NCBI GenBank assembly: GCA_013265495.1
Contig: MU058000.1
Span: forward strand, 186,001-250,000
Source of the DNA: Vicugna vicugna
Taxonomy: Eukaryota
Direction: 5' to 3'
Length of the DNA stretch: 64,000 bases
The notes under the pieces are model-generated. The model did no database searches. It was not told where the DNA came from and saw only the letters and a list, made by a program, of their open reading frames with translations. Below are positions 1 to 10,957 of this stretch, piece after piece. How positions within the stretch are numbered: the first letter of the stretch is position 1; each line of letters begins with the position of its first letter. Both the position numbers and the translations under genes were made by a program.

Positions 1-1020
1 GGAAAACTATGAAACTCCTAGAAAATAACATAGAGAAAACCTAGATGACCTTGGGAATGGTGACGTCTTTTTAGATACAACACCAAAGACAATCCAGGAA
101 AGAAAATGTTGATAAGCTGGACTAAACTAATATTAAAAACTCTCTATGACAGACAATATCAAGAGAATTAGAAGACAAGCCAAAGACTAGGAGAGAGTAT
201 TTGCAAAAGTCATATCTGACCAAGGACTATTATCCAAAACATACAAAGAACACTTAAAACTCAGCAATGAGAAAATAACAACATGATTTAAAAATGGGCC
301 AAAGACCTTAATAGCAACCTCATCAAAGAAGATACACAGACGGCAAATAAGCATATGAACACATGCTTCATATGGTTGGTCATCAGGGAAATACAAATCA
401 AAATAACAATGATATACCAGTATATACCTATTGGAATGGCCCAGGTCTGGAACACTGAAAACAGCATATGCTTATAAAGATGCACAGCGAAAGGAACGCT
501 CATACACTGCTGGTGGGAATGTAAAATGATATAGTCACTTCAGATGACAGTTTGGTGATCTCTTACAAAACTAAACATACTCTTACCATAAGATCCAAGG
601 ATTGTGGTCCTTGGTATTTACCAAAAGGAGGTGAACCTTAGGTTCACACAAAATCTGCACAGGCATTTTTTAGCAACTTTATTCATCATTGCCAAAACTT
701 GGAAACAATAAAGATGGCCTTCAGTAGGTAAATGGATAAACAAACTATGGGACATCCAGACAATCGAGTTTAATTCAGCACTAAAAAGAAATGAGATATG
801 AAGCTATGAAAAAAGATATGGAGTAAACTTAAATGCCTATTACAAAGTTAAAGAAGCCAATATGAAATGATGTTAATTATATGACATTCTGGAAAAGGTG
901 CAAAACTATGGAGACAGTAAAAAGATCAGTGGTGCCAGGAGGGTGGGGATGGGACGAGATGAAAAGGCAAAACACAGAGGATTTTCAGAACAGTGAAAAT
1001 ACCGTGTATGATATTATAAT
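1..1020 (+). mobile_element. Old L1 (L1MC/L1MB-like) ORF2 end and 3' UTR fragment, truncated by the window start
   Basis: Typical L1 motifs: 'aaactcctagaaaataacatagagaaaacc', 'atatttgcaaa..catatctgac..ggact', 'catcagggaaatacaaatcaaaa', 'aaatggataaacaaactatgg', 'gacattctggaaaagg..aaaactatggagacagtaaaaagatcagtgg'. Frames are broken. Confidence 0.9.
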
Positions 1021-1249
1021 GCTCTTATAATCTGTTTGCATAGTTATTTGCTACTACCATTGATTTAACATTGTTTTAAGGTTTTCTTAACCATAAGAGG
1101 GGTAAGAACCTAATAACGCATCATACAGTAGGTTACATAGACTGGTAAATGTGGTATTATGTTGTGAATACTCAAAACTGTAATTCATGTGGTACTCTCA
1201 TCAATCCTGAATCCTAAGTATTTTTATATAAATTAGGGATAAATCCTTT

Positions 1250-1850
1250 AGTTTAACATTCAAGTTAAATGTATGAGCACTATATTGGTGTACCTATGAA
1301 CATTTTTCATTCACTCCTAGTAGGAGTGTAAATTGGTGTAACCGTACAGAAGGGAATTAACAAAAAGATCAAGCCACATACCTTTTGATTTACCAATTCT
1401 ACCTCTGGGAATTTATTCCACTTTTACTTGTGCAAATGACAAATGTATGTTATTATTCACTGCAGCGTTACAACAAAAGATGAGACTATCTCAAATTCAC
1501 AACAGTGGGGAAATTTGTTGAATAAATTATGATATATTCATGAAAGTGAATTTCTACACAGTTGCTAAAAACAATGGGGAAATTGATTATACATTGATAC
1601 GAAAGGATCTCCAAAAAATATTAAGTAAAAAGTATAATGTTGAACAGTGTGTAGGGTGCCACCACCTGAGGAAAAAAAAAATCAATAGAAAAAGAGTATG
1701 TATTTTCATTTGCTCATATATGCACGTTACTCCAGGCAGGATACATAAGAAAACAGGAGTATGTAAATATATGGAAAAGAAACAGGACAGGGAATAAGAT
1801 TTTTTAATAAATGCTTTAATATATCATCTTAGTTTTAAGCTGTGAAACCA
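1250..1850 (+). mobile_element. Highly diverged L1ME-like 3' fragment
   Basis: 'ggagtgtaaattggt', 'caattcctacctctgggaatttat', 'ttgaataaattatgatatattcat', 'ggatctccaaaaaatattaagtaaaaa'. Confidence 0.7.
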
Positions 1851-4800
1851 ATGGTAAACATAAAATGTTTACTAAGAACCTATTGTGTTCAATGAACCAT
1901 ATGATAAGTAGTTTTCACCTTTGTTATTAAATTATTCAATCCACCTTTGTTAAGCATTAAAAGATTAAAGAGAAAATACTAAGAACCTTACATTGCCATG
2001 AATTACTGAGGGGGGTAAAAAAAAACAAACTGGATACTAGCATCAAGTAACCAAAAAATACGGTTAATTTTTATCTAAAGTAAATTTTAGTTGGAATGAG
2101 AAAGAATTAATTATAGCTTATAAATTATGGCAAGTAAATCAGCAGTGAGTTCTAGTGAAAACACCTTGATGGAAAGATACAGATAATTCAGCTTAACACT
2201 AAGGTCATAGCATCTTAGACTATGGTTTTTTTAAAGTCAAACATATTGCTACAATTACTGCTTAATTTCAAGTATTCCTCAGTGTTAAATAATTAAAAAT
2301 ATTAAATATTTTAAATATAGGAAATGAGTAAATATTGTTCTTGATATTTGTAAATATTGTTCTAGATGTAATAGTATCTGTTAGCATAATAGCAGCTATG
2401 ATCTTGCTATTTTATGTTGTACATATGTTGAAAGCGTAGTCTGCCTTTTAATATTCTGAAATACCAGTAAGCATTTTTGTCCAACACTCTTTTGATAAAT
2501 TTCAGAGTTCTTTTATTGTCTCTGATAAAACTGTGTTAAAATCATCTCAGAAATCTCAAAATGAGTGAAAGGATGAAAGAAGAAAATATAGAGTTATGCA
2601 TATACATATAATGAAAAAATGAAAAGGATGAATTTTAAACTCTAAGATTAGGAATAGCATGGCCAAATAGAATGATCACATTAATTTGGTGAATGTACTT
2701 GTCTTGTTATGTATGGTGCTGCCCCTGGTGACTAGTTACCACATTAAATCTTACTAGGTCAGAACATTATGATTCTTATTCACTTAAAAAAGGGCCATAA
2801 ATTTTCATTTGAGAATTAACCAGAATTTCAATTTCAAAAACACAAAGGATAATCTTATTCTTTGAGAGTCCATGAATTACTTTGTAATACCATATCATGG
2901 AAACTAAACACAAACTGATGTGTCAAAACACTCGTAATCAAAACTAATCCAAAGAGGAAAAATGGACACAGTAAAATTTAGATACCTTTGTAATATTAAT
3001 GAAAATAAAAACAACAATACATCCAGATTTATTTTTGACAATACTGAATTCAACTGAATCCAGGAAAGCTCCAATAGATTGTTATATTTTGAGAATAATT
3101 TCTAAAATCCTTAAAGATCACAAAAACTGGAAACATTGTTCTGAAAAGCTTAAAAATAAAAGTACCCATTAAGTAATGATGGCTGTGATTTCACAATTAT
3201 ATGCAGCACAAACTATATACGTTAACTGACTCTGTCTCAAAACTATTTTGAAGTACCAGAAAGCATTTTTAAAAAGTATTTTTCAAAATCATTATCCAAA
3301 CACCCCTTTACAAGAGATGGTCCATGTTCCTCTCCCCATCTCCCTCCCACTTCCCACCTCTCCCTATATATATTTCTAAATATTAAGTTTAACTGGCTTC
3401 AATATACTTTGATTAAGTTATTTGGAACTGAGATAGCAAGCTACGCAGGAAGAGCACTAGAGTGGAACACTGAGCGTCACTAGAGTGGAACTCTGGGCAG
3501 AAAACAGTAGTAAAAAGGCCTTGCAGGCAATAGAGTTCTTTATGACAGGAAAGTTGAGATAGGTGCCAATCCAAATAGGCCTCTTTATCATCATAATAAG
3601 GAAAGTACAAAGGAAACCATTTAAATGTTTACATAAAAAGCTAATCTCCCTTAATAAAGAAAAGATGATTACAGAAAACATTTTATATATAATTTTCTAT
3701 AGTATAATAATCTCTTTAATATTTCACAGGACAGAGTTTTTAAATAGTAGGCGAGGGAACAGTTAGCGAAAAGGGAAAGCGCTGTAAGAATGAGCAAGAT
3801 ACATAAAATATAAATAAAATGGGGAGGAAAAGATTGAGGTGGTTCTAAAAGAAAGGATTAAAAAAGAGGGCAATGTTTTCCAAGTGACAAAATAACTTAT
3901 TCAGGAATAATACAGTTTATTTTGTTTATAGAATTACATTATCATAAGATAACCTCTATACCGCTGCAGCCAATGGACATTTTCCTGTCCCTACCTTACT
4001 TGGGATCTTGGCAACATTTGCTACTGCAGACCACGTTCCTGCACTCGAGACTCACCCTTTCCCTTGCTCAAGTGACAATGCTCTCCAGAGGTCCTTCCTA
4101 TCCTATGTCACTCCTTCTCTTATCTTTTGAGAATTCACCTTTCCATGGCTAAACCTAAAATATTACCAATTAATGAATTCTGCCCTTAAACTTTTCAGGT
4201 TAACAGCAGGGTCTCTGCAGATCTAGTTGCAGAGAACAATGAGTCTAACCTCAGATCCCAAGATGCACCTTCAACTATTCTGAACCCTGCCCCGCCCAAG
4301 GTAGGCTGTTCCACAAGATCTTGTTTCATAATGCTGTTCCTTCTCTTCTGAATCTCTTTCTTTGCCTGGATATCTTTTACTTAACCTTTAAAACTCAGGT
4401 ATAGTGTCATTTCCTCTAGGAATTTTCTCAAAAAACTCTCAGTATAGGATGACTTTTCTCTCTGTTTCCACAGAAATCTGCTCATGTAATAACAGCATTC
4501 ATCACTGCTTAAAAATCACTAATTCACACATCTGCTTTCCCCCTAGACTATAACTTCATTGAGGTCACATTTAAAAAAAACTTTTTTTACTAAGAAGTAC
4601 AAAGTGCGTAGCAAAGTTATCAAATGTGTAGTTCAATGAGTGATCACCAAGTGTACAGCTATATAACTATTCCGAGAAGGATCATATCTTATTTGAATTT
4701 GCATTCTCTGTGATTAGTATATAATATTAATAAACAAATGACATTAATCAGGTTTGGAGTATATTAATCACTGCAAGAAACCATCCTAGAGCTATGATCT

Positions 4801-5239
4801 CAAAATTAAATTTCAGATACAAAGATTAAATATCATTTATAATGGGGAAACACATTTACAATCATGTAAACTAGCAACAGTATAGAATTGAAGTTTTCAA
4901 TTCAACAAATATGATGTTAAATAACAACTCTGGCACAAAACCAAAATACACACAGCTTGGCATCAAAACCCAGGGAAAGATCAGGGTCCATTAAATATTA
5001 CTTTGTCAGCATATGATCTTCTGAGCTAGCCGGTCACAGGGAATAGCTCTACAAGATTTCTAAAGAGTACAAACCAAAGATGGGTATTCTATCAACAGCT
5101 AAGCAACTCAGCTTCTTAGAACTGAGCATGTCAAAAGAACTGATGAAAACAGAACAGCTACCCAACCTGCCTCATGGTGAGTGGACGTGGGAGACTAAGC
5201 CAGGTCGGCATCTTAGAGGGATGAAAAAGGTAAGACAAT

Positions 5240-6065
5240 TTATTTGTAAAGGAATTACAATTCGACAGACAATGGCAGGAAAACAGCAACAGGAAGACAG
5301 TAAGGTATCTTTCAAGTACTGAGAGAACATGACTGTCAGCTAGAATTCTTTACTCAGGTATACAACCATTTAATAATTAAGGCAAAATAAAAGACATTTT
5401 AAGACAGAGAATTTGCCACTCATTGAAAGAGCTACTAAGTGACGCTTTACAGTAAGAAGGAAACTGAGTCCACAAGAAAATACTGGGTCACCGGGACAAC
5501 GGCGAGCAACAAAAATCATAAATATGTGGGTAAATCTAAATAAGCATTGTGGTTAACAATAATTTAAGAAGGTTTAAGAACAATATGGGACTAAAACAAG
5601 ATAATTTCAATATGCAAAATGGGGTGAGTGAAGACAGTAAAAGTATTCTAAGGTCCTTTTTAATACTTGAGGATCAAGATACTGAGTCACTATATAATTT
5701 AAGGAGACATGTTATAGTTTCAAAGGAACACACTAAAATCATAGAAATAGGATACAACACTTCCAAACATGTAGAGATGAAAAATGTAAAGAAAAGTGAG
5801 ACAAGTTGTGAATATATACATAAAGAGGAAACGTATAAATATATACACAGGAATGATGTGTACAGAGTTCAGGATAGTGGTCACAACTAAAGACGGAAAG
5901 AAGGGAAAGGGATCTGCTCAGGATCCTAACAATATACAGCAATTTTTTCATGCATATACAGCAAAATTTACCATCTGCTAAATCTAGGCTGTGGGTACAT
6001 CAACTTCCATCATTTTTATTTCTGTATACCGTATGTTTAAAATATTCCAGAATGAATTTTTTTAG
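5240..6065 (+). mobile_element. HAL1-like or L1ME ORF1 remnant followed directly by an L1-type 3' end
   Basis: ORF1 C-terminal motifs ('atctttcaagtactgagagaa..ctagaattcttta', 'aggcaaaataaaagacatttt'), then 3' UTR motifs ('ttcaggatagtggtcac', 'ctaggctgtgggtacat') with no recognisable ORF2 between them. Confidence 0.6.
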
Positions 6066-7966
6066 GTGAAGAAAGCAAACATTTAGCTAAGCCAACATAA
6101 TTTTGTTTTTTTAAAAAAAGGCTTAGTTAGCTGGAAGGTACACATGTTTATTTCCCAAAAGAAAAAAAGGGGGGAAAAAAAGTGGGATAAATTAATCATG
6201 TGGCAGGCCCAAGGAAAACTATGTTAAACAATGTTTAATATATGTATATTGTTTCCTCTTGAATCTCCAAGTGGTTTGTCTATGAGCCTTTGATTGTGGA
6301 AGAACTTATAATAAAAAATATATATACCAAAAAGTTGTGTTCTTATTCTAATGATGGTTCCATCAGTGATTAGAAATGGAGACAAGTGAGTAAGACATAG
6401 TATTAGGTGTGATTTAAAGTGAATTTTACAGATCAAGCAAAATTTTGTAAAACTGAAGGATGAGAGTACTACACTAACCAGCTTAAAACATACACATAAG
6501 TAAATTAGAAAGACTAAAAACAGGTTGCATTCTAGATTAGTCTTTGAAATGTACTAGTTTTCTTATTTCTCAAATGTCAAGCTGGAAATTGGCTGTGATA
6601 TATTTCTTTGCTTTGGCTTCAAAGGATCTCTAACCTCAGCATTTTCCACTGATAACTCAATCCCTCTGCTATTTGTAGGAGTGGTTTTTTTTTCCACTCA
6701 ACATCATATAAAAATCATGCTTGTTTTCTTTGATGACTCATGTTTTGCAGTATGTTGTTTATTAATTCCAAAACAATTCCTGTTAGTGACTGTTATTATA
6801 TCCTTAGGAGAATGAAGGCTAAAATTAGACCTTTTGATTTCCACTTCTTTCGTGGGCAGGTACGTGCATGCTTGACCTTTTCCCCCTCCAGCTGCTCATT
6901 TCTTAGGAGGCAGCAGCAGAAGGGCAGAAGTCAGAGAAATGGAGTTGCCTGCCTAGCTTTTAAAATTAAAGTTGACAGGTACAATGGGGTAAAAGAAAAA
7001 TATGTGCACACAGATGTCCTGATAGACTTTAGGGAGCTGTTTATGGCATTATTTATGTGGCTAAAAATAGGTATCTATACTGGAGTGTTTTCTGGTTTTG
7101 TTTTGGGGTTTTTGTTTTTGTCTTTTGTTTTTACCTTCAGACAAAGATGACATCTTCACAGTATTTACTTTCCATTGAAATGAACCTCCAAATTGTTCTG
7201 TCGCTTGCCAATCTCATGTACTAAGGCTTAAAGCTGTGTCTGTTGCAGGTTTTATCAGCTCTGGTCAGAAATGTCATAACTTACATCCATATACAACAAA
7301 AATATATATATTTGCCAATGTCATGAAGCAAAAGAACACGAAACGAAAGCGAATCCTATGAATGAAGTTGCTGAATAACTACTGAGAACTTTCATGTAAG
7401 TTATGTGTCTCCAATTTCTATACCGACAATTCTCATCTAAAAGGAAAATAATTTTAGAAATTATTTGAATACCATGCATCTTCCCTAAATACCCAGTGGT
7501 CTCAACTTTTAGAGTGTAGTCATGAAAAGAGAGCAACATCATCTCTCTAAATACATCCCTTTTACCTTTCCCCTACCAAGCATATGCACATGAAATTGAG
7601 GGACAGGGGAATGATATGAGTAGTCAAAACAGATGCCCTAAAGTCTATGTATGCAGAAAAATCATACATTTTAATCACAGGTAAAATCTTCAAAGCTTTT
7701 CTCAGCGTGTAATAACTTTTATATTCCATAAAATCCTGTCCAACTATTTTTTTAGACCAAAGCATATTTAAAGAAGTCAACCACACTTGGGCACATGAAG
7801 ATTCTGCAGAACCAGTAACAAAACATAGCCTTGATCACTGGACAAAACACCATTTCCAAATAAGAAAGGAAAGAGACAGAGGAAACGCTAGACCATGGTA
7901 CAAGAGTGAGCAGCGCTATATTATCAGTTGATGCTGAGGACCATTACTGTGTTATTTTTATCATAA

Positions 7967-8413
7967 TAAATTGCAATAAATTGGTTTGAGCTTATAGTAC
8001 ATAATTTTCATTCATAATCCAATGCCAGGTAAGAGAAGTATCCAACATAGTTCATAGAAGTATGTGAACATGTTAGAGTAACAGTTGATTATTTTAACAG
8101 TTTTTAATCCCCCAGTGAAACTGGTATGTCTGTATAGATCACTACTAAAGAGACATTGAACAAAGAAGGAACTCTTCTATACCTAATAGCACCGACTTTT
8201 TTTTCTTGAGAGCAGGTAAGAGTAAAATGAAAATATCATCTAGATTGGGTTAAAAGGTAAAGGAAAAATTTAAATATCCTAAATTTTTACACTAGCTGAC
8301 GTGTCCTTAGAAATTTACAAGTTTCTTGAATTAAGGCATTTCTTGATTGGGTCAATGAACAGCAAACTACATGATTAAAACACATTAAATTTACTCCTAA
8401 ATAGATTTGTCTA
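7967..8413 (+). repeat. Left arm of a ~450-bp inverted duplication (partner 10958-11408)
   Basis: Hand alignment to the reverse complement of 10958-11408 gives about 57 mismatches and 2 small gaps in ~447 nt, with two perfect 38-nt runs (AAAAGGTAAAGGAAAAATTTAAATATCCTAAATTTTTA; TGTCCTTAGAAATTTACAAGTTTCTTGAATTAAGGCAT). Confidence 0.95.
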
Positions 8414-9589
8414 TCACAAGTATAGTCTTCAAAGTTGAGAACATTTGTCCCAGGTCCTTAAATATATATTCATCATATTCTGCTTAAGAATGTAAGGGAA
8501 AACAAGAAACTGTAAGGATTATCAAAAAACTCTCAGATGCAACTAAAACAAATATACTTGCTTAAGGAAGTAAGCGTCAAGCACTGCAACATTTATCTGT
8601 GTATTACTAATGCTGTTGGCAAGATACTGTAGATGTTCAATTAATATTGATGGATAAATTCATGAGTAAACAGTGCATTAATTGAATATCATTTGTTGTA
8701 AATATGCTGATAAAAGTATAATAAATTACATACTTATTTCCATTTTATTTAAGAGAAATATTTAGAAATTATCTAGTTCAAGAGAATTTTTGGAAAAAGA
8801 AGAAAATTACAGAACAACACTTAGAAAAATAAATTGAAGTCCATTTCAAAAAAGCTTTAATAAAGTAAAAAAAAGTATCTGCTCACTCAGATTTTTTTTT
8901 TTTGATGTTAGAGATAATAGAACCAGAGCAATACCCCACTAGGCTATAAAATGAAAGTCCCATATCAGAGATTGCATTCGATTTCCCTTAAGAGTTTTTC
9001 AAGTAACCGAACACATTTACCTTGCTCAGGCTGTGTGTGTGTGTTTAAACCATGTTCAAAACCTCCTCAGCACAGCTTTATTGAAGGCAGTTCAGTTCCC
9101 AGGAGTAAGTACACTCATGAAAAAGCTTAAATTGCAAAGGCAGAAAATTCACTTATACTGTATAGAACCATATGGTGGTTTGACAGATCAAACTAACATC
9201 CAAAGGGAACTTTCCATTTGAATAGTAAGTAGACGATTATGGACATGGGCTTGAGGCTTTATTTAGAAACACAGATAATGCATCTGTTATTCTAAATAGT
9301 GAATGTTGGCAATATAGATTTTCCTTTCCCTCACTTGGGAGCACTGTAGATATTTGTTTATTGGTACCCTCTTGTATTTTCAAAATAATATACACTTTCT
9401 TTAGCTTGATTGCATATCTTTAGACACAGCATCAAGTGTCACATTAGGGAAAGCACTCTGCATAAATGGCTACATATAACAGAACCTTAAGAGAAAAGAA
9501 TTTCTTCAGCACATTCAAACCAATTTCAAAATACGACATGGCTTTATTTACCAGGCTCAATTCTCAACATAAAATACAGCTATAATGGA

Positions 9590-10172
9590 TGTGCATTATT
9601 TTTGCCTGCCCAGCAACTAGTTTCTCTTTTTCCCTAAAGAGGGTGCCCAGATTTTGCTTAGGAAACCACCTCTCCCACATTCCTCCTATAAAGTTCTAGT
9701 AGGGTTAACCCCACTGTCCGGTTTTAGCTTTGGACAAGTGACTGAAACCTGGTTACTGAGAGCACCGCAGTCGGGAACAATCGAAGGGCAGCGCTCACCA
9801 TCAGGCAAATCAACACCAGGGAGCATCTGCCCCAGGACTTTTACCAGAGCTACTGGGAAGTAAGGCCTTCCTTGCGTAGGATGAAAGCCTGCAGCTACCG
9901 GGGCTATGTTGTCACTACTTAGAGAACGCCTGGCTGAGAACACAGTTACATACAGGGAACCTTCACTGTTAAAAATGCTGATAGGTTAATGGAGTAAGAT
10001 TTTTGGATGCCCACAAATGAATGTTCTTGTGCCACAGATACACTATCATTTGTATTTTTAGTTCCTAACTCAATAAATAATCCCAGCCCTCTCTTTCTTT
10101 TTCTTCTTTTTGCTTAAGCTAGTTTGTTTTTTTTAAACCAGTTTAATATCACTTCAACCAAGATTCCTAACA
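9590..10172 (+). mobile_element. Old MaLR LTR (MLT1H-L-like)
   Basis: Starts 'tgtgcattatttttgcctgcccagc'; 3' part 'tcaataaataatccc...cttaagctagtttg...tcacttcaaccaagattcctaac' matches old MLT1 ends. Confidence 0.65.
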
Positions 10173-10239
10173 CAATAGCTCCTACAATTCAATACTTCTT
10201 TTCCCAAATGACTGAAATTTTATTATTTTGCAACAATTG

Positions 10240-10345
10240 AAAGAATTGGACTTAGACTTCTCAGTGAAGCCTGAGTTCTAATCCTAGGTTCATCAATGCA
10301 AGTTGTGAGGTCTTTGACAGGCTATGTCCTCTGTGGCTGATTTCT
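10240..10345. mobile_element. MIR fragment
   Basis: 'cctgagttctaatcctaggttcatca...gttgtgaggtctttgacagg..cctctgtg' resembles the MIR core. Confidence 0.55.
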
Positions 10346-10509
10346 TTGTAAAACACACAGCAGAGTATGTATCTTGCAGGGTTTTGTTGGAGAGTGAATG
10401 TACGGTGTGTCCAGCACAGCAGAGACTTGGTAAACTGCATTTCCCTTCCCTTTCTGGAGAAATAGAAGGACTTTTATATACTTATCCTTATATTTTTTAC
10501 ATTTCACAG

Positions 10510-10563
10510 GTGGAATGCGAAAAGGTTCCTCGGAGAAAGGGTTCTCAAATTCAAAAGACAAAG
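10510..10563 (+). other. Candidate 54-nt exon, open in all three frames
   Basis: Acceptor 'tattttttacatttcacag|G' and donor 'AAG|gtaatt'. Peptides not recognised. Confidence 0.3.
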
Positions 10564-10852
10564 GTAATTAATCCTTAACACACCAATAAGAAACTTTTCG
10601 TTTTTAAGGTAAGGACATGCTGTCTCAAGGAACTAAGAAATAAAACTGTAGAAATAGGTCATTAATAAAGGACCTAGTAAATTTTTTTCACACAAGCAGA
10701 AGCCTTAGTAATGTACCTCAGCATGAGGGGTAGTCTAGGCAGGCCTAGGGTTTGTGCTGAAGTTTTCCTGTGTGATTTTTATTGTTTGTTGATTTTAACT
10801 GGCTTGAGGCTTTTGGCTTTTGTTTTTCTTTTCTTTTCCATCAGCGACTTAC

Positions 10853-10896
10853 TCAACCTGAGTGTCTGTAACTTTGAGTCACACATTCCTGAGATA
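10853..10896 (-). other. Candidate 44-nt exon on the minus strand
   Basis: Minus strand reads 'ctaat' (branch-like) 'tctcttgttgttcttacag|TATCTCAGG...CAGGTTGA|gtaagt'. Confidence 0.3.
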
Positions 10897-10957
10897 CTGT
10901 AAGAACAACAAGAGAATTAGGTAGCCCGGTAACAAAACATACTGAGTTGGTTTTAGG

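Noticed and set aside
187..503. Minus-strand ORFs of 69-71 aa
   Set aside because: Antisense frames within an L1 fragment.
2714..2734. CTCF-like motif (minus TCACCAGGGGCAGC)
   Set aside because: Mismatches at core positions; weak.
3413..3766. Three overlapping short ORFs
   Set aside because: No recognisable protein, no convincing splice-site pair, and some starts are non-ATG.
6740..7150. 136-aa plus ORF
   Set aside because: No recognisable domain; the hydrophobic end comes from a T-rich tract and the frame crosses splice-like signals.
8053..8068. Resemblance of 'gaagtatgt'/'acatacttc' in the arms to miR-1/206
   Set aside because: Only about 9-10 nt match, no TGGAATGT seed and no local pre-miRNA hairpin.
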